Positions 1 through 14,253 are shown, numbered from the stretch's first letter. The stretch: DNA of 64,000 nucleotides from Orbicella franksi (GCA_964199315.1 OZ116701.1:29946001-30010000), one strand, 5' to 3'. Program-made: numbers and translations. The notes: a model not told the origin generated them from the sequence alone.

Positions 1-3000
1 GTGACATGAAACTTCAAACATGTCACAAGGATATTCTTATATTTTCCACAGCAACTCCTTATTACTAAAGTCATAAATTAATATATTTGCATTGCTTTTG
101 TACTTTTCTTTTTTTTTTTTTTTCTTTTGACAAACCAAGCCGTAAATATGGTATTCATAAGCTGTAAATTGTTCGTAAACCAAAGACAAGGTGTGCAGAC
201 GAGAAAAAAAACCTTAACGTAAGAATGGATGGGGTTAAGTCAAAACACTAATTGGAATGTTTTTGGCTAAGGAGAAAAAAATAAGATAGCCAAAAATATT
301 GCGCATGTCAATTAAAAAGGAATAATTAGTTACATACGTCAGAGGCTTATCGTTAAAAGACAAAGAAATCAAGAGCTTTCTGTTGCACAGCAAAAGGTAA
401 GTGGAAACCGTCTATGTTTATTAAATCAAGATTATACCAGCACGAGCTAGATAGCCAAATAATCTTCTTGGTTTCAACTCTGTTTCCAATTTTAAAAAAA
501 ATTTCCGCAAAAAAGTTGTGGTTCTATTTTATCCTTTGTACAATCTGGTGTTTTCCTTTCTGGAAATATTCGAATCTCTTTATGACATCTTTGAAGTTTT
601 CTATTGTTCAAGTTTTAGTTTTTGTAGTATATTTGTTGAGGGGACCCTCTGTCGCATGAACCAGGTATCCTCAATATACATTTCTTCTAATTTCATGCTG
701 TTTAACATTCATTAGCATACTTTACCATAGACCGAAACATAACATTGTATCACAACATAAACAGTTAAAACAGCCAAGAAAGGACAGATGCGGTCGTTCA
801 TTATCTCTCCAGAGTTATCTGACCCTCTTAGCCTCGGGGACTTTGGCACGACATGATTTGATTGGGTAGTTGATTTCTCAACTAATTCAACGATTATTTT
901 CATTCCCGAAAATATCCACTGATTGATTTGTAACTAAAACCGTTGGATTACAGCATCTGCAGACCTTCAGGAGGGAGGGAGGGGGGAGGGTAACACTGGT
1001 TTGCGGAGAGAATTTTTCTATAACTAAACATATATGAATGCTACTTAAAGCACTCATTTAGAATCTCGAAATCTCGGCTAGTGAAGATAATATTTCATTT
1101 TATTAAACAAGTTGGAAGACGAACTTATGCCAACATACTACAAAGACACTCGAGCATAAATACAATATCTTCAATATCTGGAAAACCTATTTTCCTGTAC
1201 GCTGTTTATGGATTTGTCTGACGTGTTAAATCGATGAAAAACGCATATTTCGAATATTTCAGTTTTATGTATCGTTGGGATGTTCTGCTAGTTCCGCAAA
1301 TCGATTTTTAGGACAGTCTGAATGACAAACACTAATAATAAAGCAATAAAAGTCTTACAATTATTGAGTAAAAACAATTTTACTCACTATGAAGATCTTT
1401 TTTGGTGAAAAATTTATGCTTCTCAAAATCCTTCCTGGAGAACGCGGCGACAGTCAAAATCAAAATGTGGTACATAGCTAAACTAAACTAAATAAGGCCT
1501 TTAATGGTAACAATTGCTTTATGACGACGAAGATCTGTTGCTTTAATTGGAGGACTGGGTGTTTCGTGAAATCGTCTCGCAGCATGAAGTCTGGGTTTTG
1601 CCGAAAACACCCTTTCTAACTGTAAGAAATTAAAAGCAAACTTCGTTTCATCGTGGTCCTCATAATGATTAGGAACGTTATGGGAAAATAACTGAAGGAC
1701 TCTTACGACAAAGTTTTTCTCAATTATATTTAAGGAGGACCTTCGTTTGTGATCGAAAAGCATCGAAGGACCGGCGGAAATTGTCGTTAACTACCGTAAA
1801 CGTTCATGAATAGTCGGAAACGCAAAACAATCCATAGTAAGAATTCGGTAGACCCTCAAGAAATCATCCATTCTATGAGCTCTTTACACAGTTTGAAGCA
1901 GAAAACGCGTATTAAGCTTCAATATGCTCTTAGAAGTCGCTGTGCGATATGGACAATCAACGGCATGGCACCTGCCACAAATTGTTTTTCTTGTTATCTT
2001 TTTTTATAATTACTAAAAAAGCCTGGAGGATGAATCATTTCGCACTTAAAAATTCTACTTCTGTGAAGAAGTCTTAATGTTGTCTTAAATATACTTTTTC
2101 CTGCTAATTAAAGAAAATAACATCGTTTTCTATTAATCATGTGACCAGAAATGTTGATAAATTTTCAGTAATGGCAAAATGAAACATTTGACAAAATCAG
2201 TTTTCTCTCATTAATTAATAAGACTAACAACATTACTTGCATTTATTAGATGATTGACGCCACAAGCGGGTAAGATAAATCAAATCCCCCATGTAGTGAT
2301 TGGCTATCCGAGCACGCAAGATGCTCGGGATGGCCCGCTGTATCCCGCATGTTAAGAAAGACCGGAAATCGCATTGTTGTGTGAGGCTATACCGTTCATA
2401 ATCTACGCTTCCGGTGCTTCCTTCCAGTTTTGTCGTTGAAATGTAAACGTTCCCACGAAATCCAACGAAAAAGAAAAAGATGGTAAGTATACCCTACGAT
2501 TTACCCAAGGTATTTCTGCAGTCTATCAGTCTAATCTATGACAGAATGCACAAATGTTCAAGTAGATTCACGTAAACGTTTGCCATGGCCTGACAAGCGC
2601 TGCAGTTGATAGGCTCTTACTTAGAAAGAACACTTGTAAAACCAACAGAGATTATATGACTGGTTGGCCAAAAAAGTCTGATTGGTTGGTATTAAACTAT
2701 GTATACCAGTAGGATTTCAAACTGTATAGGAATACCTGTCAGCAGAAAACAGACAGGAGATTTCGTTTGCAACTTTTGATAATTGAACCTGTTAAATACT
2801 TTGGGATGCAGACGTTATTAGGAGAAAATTGTCGCCAGAGCAGACAGATCTTGCTATTTTACCTCCTTACCACTCCGAGTGCCAAATCATGTCAAATACA
2901 GAAAGTTTACTACTTTGGTAGGTGTTATTCTCCGCTCGCTCTCTATTTTACGATTTATGGAAATGAAAATCCATAAAGAGTAACGCTTTTTACAACGCAC

Positions 3001-3256
3001 GCCACTAGCCTGCTATGGGAGTTTCGGGTACAATGTAAGCAGGGTCTTTTGTTTGAATTTTCATAGAAAACATTTTGCGCAATGGCTTTTAACGTATCTT
3101 GATTTTTTTTTTTTTTTCTTTTGTGCAACATTGCATTATCATCGACCCTTGGTCAGATGTTGTCATCCGAATGGTTTGGCCGACTAGAGTCAGGCATTAA
3201 TGAGGTATATTGTAATGTTACAAGAGGTTCAGGTCTGTGTCAGTCCTAGGCAGTTA

Positions 3257-3341
3257 GAGCCAGAAGGAACATCACTGCCAATGCTTGAGTCAGGTTTCTG
3301 TAGCATGAAGTGACTAGGGGTACTGCTAAGTATTCCCCCTG
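3257..3341 (-). mobile_element. SINE fragment (MetaSINE-like central domain, from memory)
   Basis: GGTTTCTGTAGCATGAAGTGACTAGG...CCCCCTG resembles the reverse complement of a widespread cnidarian/fish tRNA-SINE core. Confidence 0.45.
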
Positions 3342-5769
3342 CAGCAATTTATCGCGTCCCTCAAGGTTGGAAGAAAACTTAGTTGAATGTGAAGAAAGTG
3401 ATTACGTCATATTTTCGCTGAGATTCGAGGTATTTGAAAAAACGAGGACACATTGTGTGTGCAAAGTAAAACTAAGACGAAAGCAGTGACAGAACATCTT
3501 AAAATATCTACTTTTATCAAATCAGACATGTAACCACCGTCACGGTTATAATTTCTTTAGTTTAAGATTACATCATTAACGAGTAAAAAAAATGTTTAGA
3601 ATGATTTTCAAGGCAATGACATCTCCTGCCTGATTCAAGTTTGCGTGGACACACCACTAATCAACGCCACGCACCATATACTTTAATCGGTAACATACAC
3701 TGCTTTGAAAGCTTTTTACGTATTCCCAGAAGAGGTTTGTTTAATGTCGACTTCCTCTAAAAGGTCCTAAAAGCATGGCCTGAAATGTCAGTCATCTTAT
3801 TCACGCCGTCAAATATTTGTCACTCTCGTTAACTCGTGTAATTGGTATATAAGCATTTGGCTAGCTTTTCAGCTTTTAGTTATTTGTAATGTTTGCACAT
3901 TAGCATCAATTTTGAGCCACAGACCTGTCTATCCTTCTATGTAATCAATGACAAGACAATTAAATTGTGTTTCATTGAATATATTTATACAATATTATAG
4001 ATATTGTATTTTAAATTTGGTTTCAACCAATAATGGAGGGATTTTATGACCTCCATCGAATGTGTGGTGCACTTAATTTCAGTTAGAAAATAACCCAGTG
4101 TGTTCGAGGTTAACAAAACACTATCTTACATTCTGACACAGCAAACACTTCAGTAACTCAAAAACGTTCGACACGATTCCAACGTTTCGGAATTCTCGTT
4201 TATACAGATATATATTTTGAAACTATGATAAGCCAACCAGTTATGCCCACTTGGGAATATCGCCTACTCGAGGCCAAGGTATTACTGTCATACTGTGCTA
4301 CACGTGAGAGTAGAGTTACCGCAACTAGCATTTGTTTTATCTTCCTGAACTGGTATATTAGACACGCAGGGAAAATCCTTCAACCGAATCATCACAGAAG
4401 AGGAAAAATTTCCTAAATTGCGTATAAAGAAAAAACGGGATTGAAATAGCGTGAGATCCGGAATGCAATCTAAAAGAGAAAATTGACGTTATTCATTAAA
4501 AGACTCACGGAATTGCTCGTGATGTATGGGTCTTTTTGTTTACTTTCAATTTTTGTAGGCTGCATGATTTGTCACCGAAAGGTAGCTTGCCAACTGAAGT
4601 CAGTTTTTACCTTGCAGTTTTCAAAACCTAAGCACAGACAAGAAATAGAAGAGTTTGACTGGAACTGACAAATTATCCAAAAATATGCGAGGTAAGGACC
4701 AGTGATCATATCTTTTTTTGTTATCTACGCAAGTATTGACTGAATCAGGTTCGTAACCAAAAGTGTTTTTAACGCTTCCTCAACATGAGGAATTAAAAAA
4801 CCCGTAAACGCAAAGGTAAATAAGCTAGAATGTGTTGGGACCTGTAGTCGCAACTAAGCCAATATCTAAAACGACTTTAAATTGGCTCTGTACCTTCCTA
4901 GCAGTAAGGTGAGCATCAAGACAAATAACACTCTGCTTTCATGAAATGGTTCTAGGAAACACGAAACCCGAGAAAAAATGCTGTTACAACCTGAAAAGCA
5001 TATTTAATCTGATGCTTGTCTGTGACATGATAATTTTATATTTTTAATTTATTTTTTCTTTTTAAAACTGTAGTTACTAATTTAGTTTCACTCTTTGCTT
5101 CGGCTGGTGAAAAACAATTATTTCAAATTAAATACTACATACATATACAAATAAAATTCATTCACAACAACCATTTTAACTAAACGTATTTACGGCAGGT
5201 ATATATTCCACTAATTACCGTAGAGGTGTTTCCGCCACATATTTAATCGCGTTGGGCCCCATTTCAAACAGGTGGCTACCTTGCTCACGCATTTTTAAAT
5301 GAACTCCTTCAGCCTCCATGCATGAACATTTATATCCTAGTGATTCACCTAAGCGTCTTCCCGTGTATTATATTTTCACATTGACACAACGCTCGTAAGC
5401 GATACAGTGCTATACCATTCGCTTTATCTCGACATTACCATAGAGCTGAGCGATTGTCATGTGGCCAAGAAAACCACTGGTGGAAATTACAAAGATATAT
5501 ATGCTAATTTACGAGATCTTTCAAAAATACTGCAAAGCATAATTACTGAGCCCAAATAGCAAGACAATAGCGAGTTTTTCGACAAAAGCTGGTCTTTAAA
5601 AATACTGTTTAAAAACTTGTGATCTTTATAAAAAATAATTGCAACGGGGTGCGACAGCAAAAGTTACTCTGGAGTCCACGTTCCGACGCGGTTTAATCTC
5701 ATTCGTACTTCTGGCCCTGACGAACGACATCAAACTGGTGCAAATTGCTTCCATGCCGACAGAGAAGAA

Positions 5770-6345
5770 AATATACGTTCCCAAACAAAGACAAATCGAT
5801 CTGGTTTTATTAAAATGATTATTTTTAAGATCGTCACGACATGTTTCAGATAAAACTGCATCCATCTTCAGTTCAAGAACCAGAACCCGCTAATGTATGT
5901 GATGTAAATACAAGGATACAGTAGGGTATAAAACGAAGTTAATTACAAAGTGACAAGAAATGTAGAACATATGGCTAATTACAACGTAACCAAAAAAAAC
6001 TCTAAGGAAATATACCAATTACGGGGTGACGATAAAAGTAATTTAAACTGAGTGAAAACTTAATAGTCAGTGAAAGATTGACTTAAGTACGAATGTGAAT
6101 ATGAAGCACCACCGGATTTTAAGCTTGAAGGGCGTGAAAGCGTGTTTAGATGAAAAACAATGTTGAAAACATAAAGATCGACTGCTTTCCCAGCTTTTAA
6201 CATGATGACAACTATGGGAGTTTTTGTCAGTGGAAATTGGTGTTCCCAGATTAGTTTAGAGAGATGCCGGTTAGTCTCGACGACATAGTGGCATCACACC
6301 CTGCACAAGAAAACACGAGCTCGCAGTGACTCAGGTATACTGTGA
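5770..6345 (-). mobile_element. Penelope-like retroelement 3' remnant (GIY-YIG end plus pLTR with hammerhead core)
   Basis: Frameshifted LRARV..FSCAGCDA.YVVETNRHLSKLIWEH.ISTDKNSH...TPFKLKI, then a T-rich UTR with CTGAAGA...GAAACATGTC. Confidence 0.8.
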
Positions 6346-7668
6346 TTTCCTTATCTGCTATGCCGACGAGAATAATCGGCATCTCACAACACAAATCTTA
6401 CATTTTAATGCTATAATAAGATAAGTGCAAAACTAGATTTTTAGTTAATAATTGATAAATAGACACGAAAATCGACTACCCCCAACCTGAAGAGCTTTTC
6501 GTGCTTGAGTTAGTCTACGTTTTTCCTTTTTTTCTTACCCATTTTTATTCCTCGTTTAACTTTCATCCAGTTTCTTACAAACGTAGCCAGACTCCTGGTT
6601 CCTACGATCGTCTCAGGCTCCTACGATAGTCATAATTGACACAGACCTACATGTATCCACTCACCGGGCCTTACATCACTACCACAGTCCAACAAAGTGA
6701 ACGAAAGGAGTATTGCGTTTTTCAACTTCACCTATTGAACATAATTTGACCCCATGGAACCTGAATGATGCTACTGCTTAATGATTTGCTGGTGAAAAAC
6801 TTAATGAATACGTCATTACTGAGGGACACCGGTCACATCTGCTTTACCCCGGATCCCCAAATTGGACTTGGGGTCGGAACATAACAAAGTACAGACACCA
6901 GGGTACTTTTTGCCGAGTGAGGTCCCTTCGTGTGAGCTATCCATTTAAGTCAAAACATCTTCCCTTCGAGACAAAAAAAATTGGTCCTTGAAACAAACGG
7001 GCTTAATTGGAGGTAACTACAACTTCAAAACGAAAAAAAATGTTCCATCTGGAGTTGTGTAATGTTTTCGTTTTAAAAATTCGTTCCATTGTATTGTGAT
7101 CGTCTTGCAGCCTGTTCATGGCAATTTTGATAAAACCCTTATGTGCAATTTTTGTGGATAAAAACATTTTTTTTTAAGTTGAAGTACTGAACACCGAGGT
7201 TTTATAAATACCGCAAATTGACACTTGTCTCTTCTATTTGGACTTATTCTGGGAAATATTCCAGACAAATCAACAGCAAGCCGCTAAGGCTTATGAAAAA
7301 CTAGTGATTTGCATGTTGGAAAAGATAACAACTGCAATAAAATAATTAGTCGATATTCGCTGAGAAAGCGTATCTTTTTTATGCTGAGTGTCAAATTTCA
7401 GTCAGTTTTGAACTTACAGCTTTCAAGACCTGTAAACGAGCAAGCCCAGAGTTAGTGGTCTTAACTGGAATTTACACTTTCTCCAAAGCTAAAACAAGTA
7501 AGGATTGCGTTTATAATTTTTCTCATTATCTTGACTATGAGTAATCTGCAAACGTTCCTTGTGTGTCTACACAGGGTGCCATCCACTTCAAGCCTGTAAT
7601 TCTTAAGAAAAATGTCTTTTAGAGTATTTAACAATATGAATGAAAAACACGGCATCTCACGACAGTAT

Positions 7669-7800
7669 ATTGACAAGCACAATCCAGTATATTTCCGAAA
7701 GTGCCTTGGAAAACAAAATAAAATTAAGAATTACCAAGTTCACCTCCACGACAGAAAATCGCTTCCAAAAAACCAGTACGTGCGTACCACTTTCTACGAT
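7669..7800 (+). mobile_element. Possible decayed Ty3/Gypsy pol fragment (protease-RT junction)
   Basis: PVYFRKCLGKQNKIKNYQVHLHDRKSLPKNQYVRTTF resembles FxGLGKLKxYQVKLHIDxxVxPVxQxxRRIPF. Confidence 0.35.
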
Positions 7801-9264
7801 TCGTATATTTAAGAGGAAATTCCCATTGTGAACGTGTTAACTGGTCAATAATGAATATAAGTCTATAGATTACAGTTATATAAAACTAAGTATTTTTTGA
7901 AGGCGAGAAACGACTTTGCTTAAACACTGTATTGCGCCAGAGTTAAAACAGCTGGCTGATTGAAGGCAGTTTTGCATTCGAAAATTAACACTTCTTTCAG
8001 CCTTGTGGCAGAACCTAAAGTGAGGAGCACGTACTCCCAAAAAGCATTTAACCAGTCTCGAGCAGTATTACGAAGCGTTTGTTCTCTTATCACCCATATG
8101 ATATGGAAACTTCGGTGAATTAAGAGTTTTCTTGCACCTAATATCTGTCTGAATTGATATCGATTTCACGGAAGCAGACACTATCGAATTTATAACTGAA
8201 AATCTCTATTGAAGTTCACCGCAAAGCCGGATTCAATATATCTACTAATATAATATTATTATTATTAGTCTTTTTCAGTCAGCTTTTCCGGTGATATTTG
8301 AAAGTATGCACTAGATAACGTGACATACAGATATAAAGTCTTGCTGATCGTTTTAATATCTTTCTTTGGAGCGGATTTAATAAACTTTACTCTCCGTACA
8401 GATGTGGTATGCAATAAAACGCTTTGTGTATGGTAAATGAATGAAATGATATTAACCATCTTGAAGTATAAAACAAAAAAGCAACATAAATAAGGAATAA
8501 GCCTTTTCATAAGCTTTCGCAACTTGTCTTTGCCAAAACTACAAATCCCGTGAAATGTTACCTTCAAACATGATTCATGCAGTCTGTCGCAAGTAAATTA
8601 CTTCTGTATCAACATACACCAGACTATTTTCGATTTTTTGGAATGGGACTGGAATTTAATCAAATGGAGCTCTGTGCGCGATGAGTCTTCATAGTCAAAC
8701 TACCCAACTTAATTCCGAAATATTTTTAGCACGCTGGTAGAAAGTATCCTTAACATATGTTTATTTTTCAAGGGTCCTTGACAACAAGTAGGTAGATACT
8801 TATAACACTACCAGTCGCCTTGAAAGCTGGCCAACAACACAAAGTAATAACCCTTGCAAAACAAGCTCGACCGTGTCTTAAGTCAATATAAGTAATATAA
8901 ACTTCAGGCTCATTTCCAATATACTGTTATTAAATTTCCTCGCATAATTATGCATCTGTATTCAACTGAAACGTTGCTAAAATGACTGCCAGGCGCCAGG
9001 CCTGTTTTAAACAAAGTTTTCCCAGCGAGTCACTCTCGCATAGTGCTTTTTTCAGACTGAAAAGGGATTACTTGGTCTATCACTGACGCATGCAACATGC
9101 AATAAATGCAGGTGAGAACGTTTGAAGGACTCATTTGAGCACAATCAAGTGCAGAATGAAAAAGCTATTTTTTCCACTTAGCAATCAACATTTGGCCACT
9201 AGAAGGGCTTGCGCTTTTTTCCGCAATTTTGAAGAGTGCAAACATTTCGCGAATACACTGTTCT

Positions 9265-9424
9265 TTTCTGTCCACACTAAAACGCAAAGCCGGCGTTTTC
9301 AAATTCCTCCGGTTTGAAGAACGTTTTTGAAAAGCTCTGCCGTTTTCGTGACGGATTAGTGTGGGCCTAACTATAGAAATAAAGCTACGTTTTCAAATTT
9401 ATCAGGCGTAGTGTGGACGCGGCC
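9265..9424 (+). mobile_element. 5'-truncated copy of the PIF/Harbinger-type MITE family seen at 29842 and 62433
   Basis: Shares tccacactaaaacgcaaagccggcgttttcaaattcctccggtttgaaga...gtgtggacgcggcc with the full copies. Confidence 0.85.
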
Positions 9425-12400
9425 GAAGTCTAGGAAAACACATGTTGGGCTTTACACGTGCACACCATGTCACGTTTATTGAAACGAGTTGGCATCAAAT
9501 GCTCAAGCAAATACTTTATTCAGTGTTGTTTTTGGACGAGATGTAGTTCTTTATAACTGTAAATTAATAATAAACAGTAAGCCATACAGGGAGTGGTGAG
9601 ACGTTCCTGTGATTAACTTACACGAATCAGAAAAATCAATCGCTAAAATCACTAAACAGCTCGTTTTCTACTATCAAGAAAAGCGATTTTCATTAAAATG
9701 AGATTATAGCCCAGCACAGTCTTACCTAACTAAAAAATACTTCAAAGCAGCACGTAAAAATTACAACAAAAGACAATTCTTTATGACAAGTGCACTCTCT
9801 TATTATTAAAAAGTTGCAATAAACTTGCACTGTATTAGCATAAGTTATACATTTTTAGTAGAAATTGATAAAAAAAATAAAAGTGGTATGATGAAAAACA
9901 AAGTCATTAAAGTCCGGATGTGAGTTCCCGGATGTACTTGATTAACAGTTGTTGAATTATAACAAGATAGAAGAATAAATTACTTGTTAAGTTTCTAAGT
10001 TTTTACAGGCGAGCAAAGTTGCAATAAGAATGACTGAAATTAAAAATTGGATTTTTTTTTTAATTGTTGTTGTCAAGAAAAAATTGGTTTCTACCAGTCC
10101 TGCAGGAAACCCTTTTTTGCACGGACTTTTTACACAGACGAACTAGCAAAGAGGTTGATTGCAAGCCGCGGTAAACGCATACTTTGTTCAAATACACAAT
10201 TATATTAAATGTAATATAAAGAACGTTGGTAATATATGCCTGTACATAAGTCTGTACACCTTAATATTATTGATTGAATCAAATTGTGCATACGAACCCT
10301 CACATGTTTCTAAAAATAGTGAAAAATTCGTTTTTACCCGATTGCAGAAAACACAAATTGTAAGACTTGAAAAATGACTTCATCTTAGTTGTTAACTCTT
10401 TACTGAGTATTGACTATGACGAGATCGTGCTGGATATAACAGCACATTATTAATTAGGTTATAGACTTACAGGGAAATAAGAGGGCAGGCAGTAGATAAC
10501 GTTATTTAAATGTTAAAATTCGAATTACCACGCATGTGGATATGTAAATCAGAATCCAGAAAAGTCTAGAATCACTTAATTACAGGAAAGTTGGATCAAT
10601 TTGAGAGAAGTGCAACTTTCTAATTAAAACAAACTTCATTTCAGAGAGACACTCCTCTACAGTTATTGTAAATCCAATTTAGTGGCTTTTTCAAGCTTTT
10701 CGGCTTGAATTAGCCGAATCTTTGTTACCACTATCAATTTTCCTTCGCCGATGATAATGAGTGTTGTCCGTATTGTTAATACCAGTGAACTGTAACGCGG
10801 AAATGAATAAAGTCTTGCCAATTGTTGATCATGATTATGCCCACATCTGCCCGGAACAAACAAGGAGCCCGAAATTAAAGACTACTTTTCGCCGATAGGA
10901 AATACATCTTCATTAGACAGACTAGCTTCGACAAGGTTAATTGAACGAAGCTAGCAAGATCGCAAATTATGTTCCTCGCGATCACGTTTGAATAAAAAGG
11001 TCCGTAGCTATAGCTTTTTTAATAATCCACCCAACTGGAGCATTTGACTCGGCTCCCATGACTTTGCTGACGATAATCCCACAGATTGCAAGTCGTCTGA
11101 CGGTCATCAAATAAGGTATGAAATACAACTTAAGAAAACGAATAACACAAAAAAATCTAATGGTAACTTGAAGCAAGCGTTTAACACGATTTTCGTGCAA
11201 AAAGTTTAATATATTTTAGAGTGAGATCATTTTTCGCGCAAACGTGGCGCGTTTTTTGTGAGTTTCAGCATCTTCATTACTGCTGTAAATTAAGGGTGTT
11301 TTGTTGGTATGCTTTCGTATGTTTGATATCGGACTCACAAGTTAGACATCCAGAGTGTATGTCTGGAACTAAATTGTAAAATCTCATGATCACATTGGAC
11401 ACAACCCTCGGGCAAATTTGTAGTCAGTGGTGTGTTGCTCGTATATCAGAGCATCGCAAATTAAGACAATTTCTGTTTCGCTTAAGAACAAAATACGCAA
11501 ATATCACTTGCCTATATTATCACTTGCCTAAATTGTAAATCGATGCAAGGCGAGTACCAAAGAAAAATTCAACTCGCATGTCCCCATATGCCAAAGGAGA
11601 AACGAGTTTGTTTGTCTAAAAACACGCACAATTTTAACGGATGCTTATAAGTCTGTCACCTTTTCTCAAGGACCCTTATTTAAAGTAAAATATCGCAACT
11701 AAACTGAATAATTAATCTTAAGAGACGGTCGCGTCGGAGCGTAGAACTAGCTTGGACCTCCTATTGTGTCCATCTCCACGTGTAAATCGAGGGATTCTGG
11801 GTTCAACAAGAGTGACCGTTCTTAATTTTCAACAACTACAAAGCACTTAAACCATCTCCACAAGAGAGTTATAACATCAACTCGTAAGAGAAGTTTTTCA
11901 TCCAATCAGCGTTCACGTAATGGGAATGTGCGTGTAATCGCAGCATTAGCTGTAACATTATAAGCTGTCACCGTGTCCACTCACATCAAAATTGCTTGAA
12001 ATAGCTTAAGATGGCGAGATAAATGTATACGGCACTCACCATTTGGCACAAAGGCTAATTCATTTGAATGATGTGAGTCTTCACCATCGAGAGCCTCGTC
12101 GTCTTTGTTGTTTGTGAATTACGGCCAGTAGTAAGTATTGATATGTCCTAATTAGAGCACTTTTTGTAGTTCATGCGAGGTGAAGAACGTTCTGCCTCTC
12201 ACGAGACAAGAATTATTAAAGCCTCTCTTTACTAGGATCATACGTTTTTCACAAAATTTTTGATCAGTAGGTTTAATTTTCCAAAAACAAAATTTCTTCT
12301 CGAGCGCCAGGTTAAGAGGCGATGTTCGTATTCGAAAAGGGTGTCGAATTAAGCAGGTGTCCAGCATTTAAATGTTAATCTCAGGTTGCTAACCATAGGC

Positions 12401-13479
12401 GCTCCTTGAATAAGTATCGTTTGTGCTGTAGGCTAGCTCCAAATAGCGAAGGTTCCCGAATACACTGCATCCTTAAAATCCATGTTTGCGGTAAGTGTAT
12501 TACCTCTGTAAAAATGTATTACTATTAATTTCCAGTTTTTTTTTTGTTGTTGTTGTTTTTTTTCGTTCATTGTTGAGTTTGTGGTTTAAAACACTCGCCA
12601 TTCTAGTCAAAAAATACGTTTTTGTCATTGAAATAAAATTAACTTTGTACTAACACTAAAATGTAAATTATAATTCGTCCGGGTGAAGATCGAACTAATT
12701 TTCTCTTTTAGAATGCCTGTGTACATGCATTTACTATATTTTTAGTTGGTTGTTAAGTAGAAGAAAAACGGAAAAGAAAGGAGAGAAGAAATGAAAAAGA
12801 AGCCAATTTTTTTCTCGCTGCTTTTAATCAATATGCTGTGTTGTTAACAGGGCAATGGCACTATTTTATTCCAACCATGTTTCATAGACAAATATTCATG
12901 GCCAAATATTAGTCATTCTACTTAAAAGTTGGCGAGTAATTCAGCTGGCCACGAAAGTATATTCCGAATATTCTGGATATCATTATGCTGTTTTTATCCA
13001 ACAGTTAAAATCGACTTAGAAAGCCGAACTCTATTAAAAAAAACCGCAAGCCAAAAATAAGCATATCAGCTTACGTCAGAACACGTGAAGTGTACGCTAC
13101 ACGTTTTTAAGTCTTATGGATCTGAGGATAAGTATACTGCCCATAAACCATATTACCAGTATGTATTACTAGAAATTTCTTATTCTGTAATTGATTGTTT
13201 GAAAACAAGATGATTTTAATCGATTTAATCAACGCATGTACAGTTATATAAATATATCCGTAAACATGGGATAACCATTTATACGCTGGCTTCCATCCTG
13301 ACCACTTAACTCCGTTATAAGCTGTCATTTTACCCTTACAAATGTACGATGAAAGACTACTTCGCAAAAAGCAAGCAGAAAAGTAAGTACCTGACTTGCC
13401 AAGTGATACTAAATAATATCACAAGTAAACGTTAAAAAGTTATACTTTTTGATACAAATTGAACGACTATGGCAGATTT

Positions 13480-14253
13480 CTCAGTAGCGAAACAGAGCTA
13501 AGGCAGAAATATTGTGTTGAATAAATAAGAAGCTGAAAACTAAAAAAACACAAAGAAAGGTAAGAGGGCATAGAGCGCTACTGATTATAGGATTATAATA
13601 ATTAAAATTTCAAAAAGGTTTTTGCTAGTGAATGAAAGAAAATTGAAGGATTTGGACCCTAACAGATGTAAAATTGGCGAAGAATTCACAAAAAAAAATT
13701 ATTAAGTTGAAATACAAAAGGGAGACATAAACAAAGTGATGACATCTCTTCTAATAACACATATTTCGGCCTTCAAGCAACAGCAATGCAACAGTAAATT
13801 CCGGAAAAAAATTTCCAATGAGAACTTAATAAAGAAATAATAACAACACCCAATAAATTCGAAATGAAACAGATAACAACGCTAAAAGGGAGACCTTTGC
13901 TATTCGCAAGCTTTAAAAACCCAAAAACAAAATTGTTAGGCATTCAAGCCGCAGACGATACAAGAATGCTACAGATTCAAAAGACCTCAACAAACTTCTT
14001 ACGCATATACAGTAGTAAAAATACTATATGTTTACCAGCAAAAGCTTTATTTTTTAAAATATCGTTGAAATTAAGGTCTTCAGGTGTTTTACATCAAAGA
14101 AGAGAGTAAAAAATAGAGTAGAGATCTAATAACTAACCCTAGATAGCATAAAAGACTTTCATAAGACAACTAGAACCAAACCTGACATAAAACTTCTTCA
14201 ATATTTTAACATTTTTTAACTAAATTTTTTATATATATATATATACATATATA
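13480..14253 (+). mobile_element. Decayed L1/Tx1-like LINE 3' end with (TA)n tail
   Basis: A-rich strand. KNFQ*ELNKEIITTPNK (zf-RVT-like) at 13801; KYYMFTSK...RVKNRVEI...DFHK at 14019-14160; (TA)n at 14230-14253. Confidence 0.4.

Noticed and set aside
391-402. Possible 6-nt microexon cag|CAAAAG|gtaagt
   Set aside because: No flanking exons can be assigned, and consensus donors are expected by chance at this AT content.
414-903. Hydrophobic short ORFs at the window start
   Set aside because: Low-complexity T-rich sequence; no family motif recognised in any frame.
973-990. G-quadruplex-like tract (another at 24601-24622)
   Set aside because: Similar G-runs form the termini of common MITEs in this window; nothing indicates function.
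3749-3793. Fourth hammerhead-like relic (gact...ggtc..ggcct GAAATGTC agtc)
   Set aside because: The CUGANGA box is absent; too degenerate to call.
8265-8567. 100-aa minus-strand ORF with a hydrophobic N-terminal stretch
   Set aside because: AT-rich, no splice partners and no recognisable domain.
12039-12146. Minus-strand segment with AG acceptor and ATG|GTGAGT donor
   Set aside because: In-frame stop within the putative exon, and no downstream exons identified.
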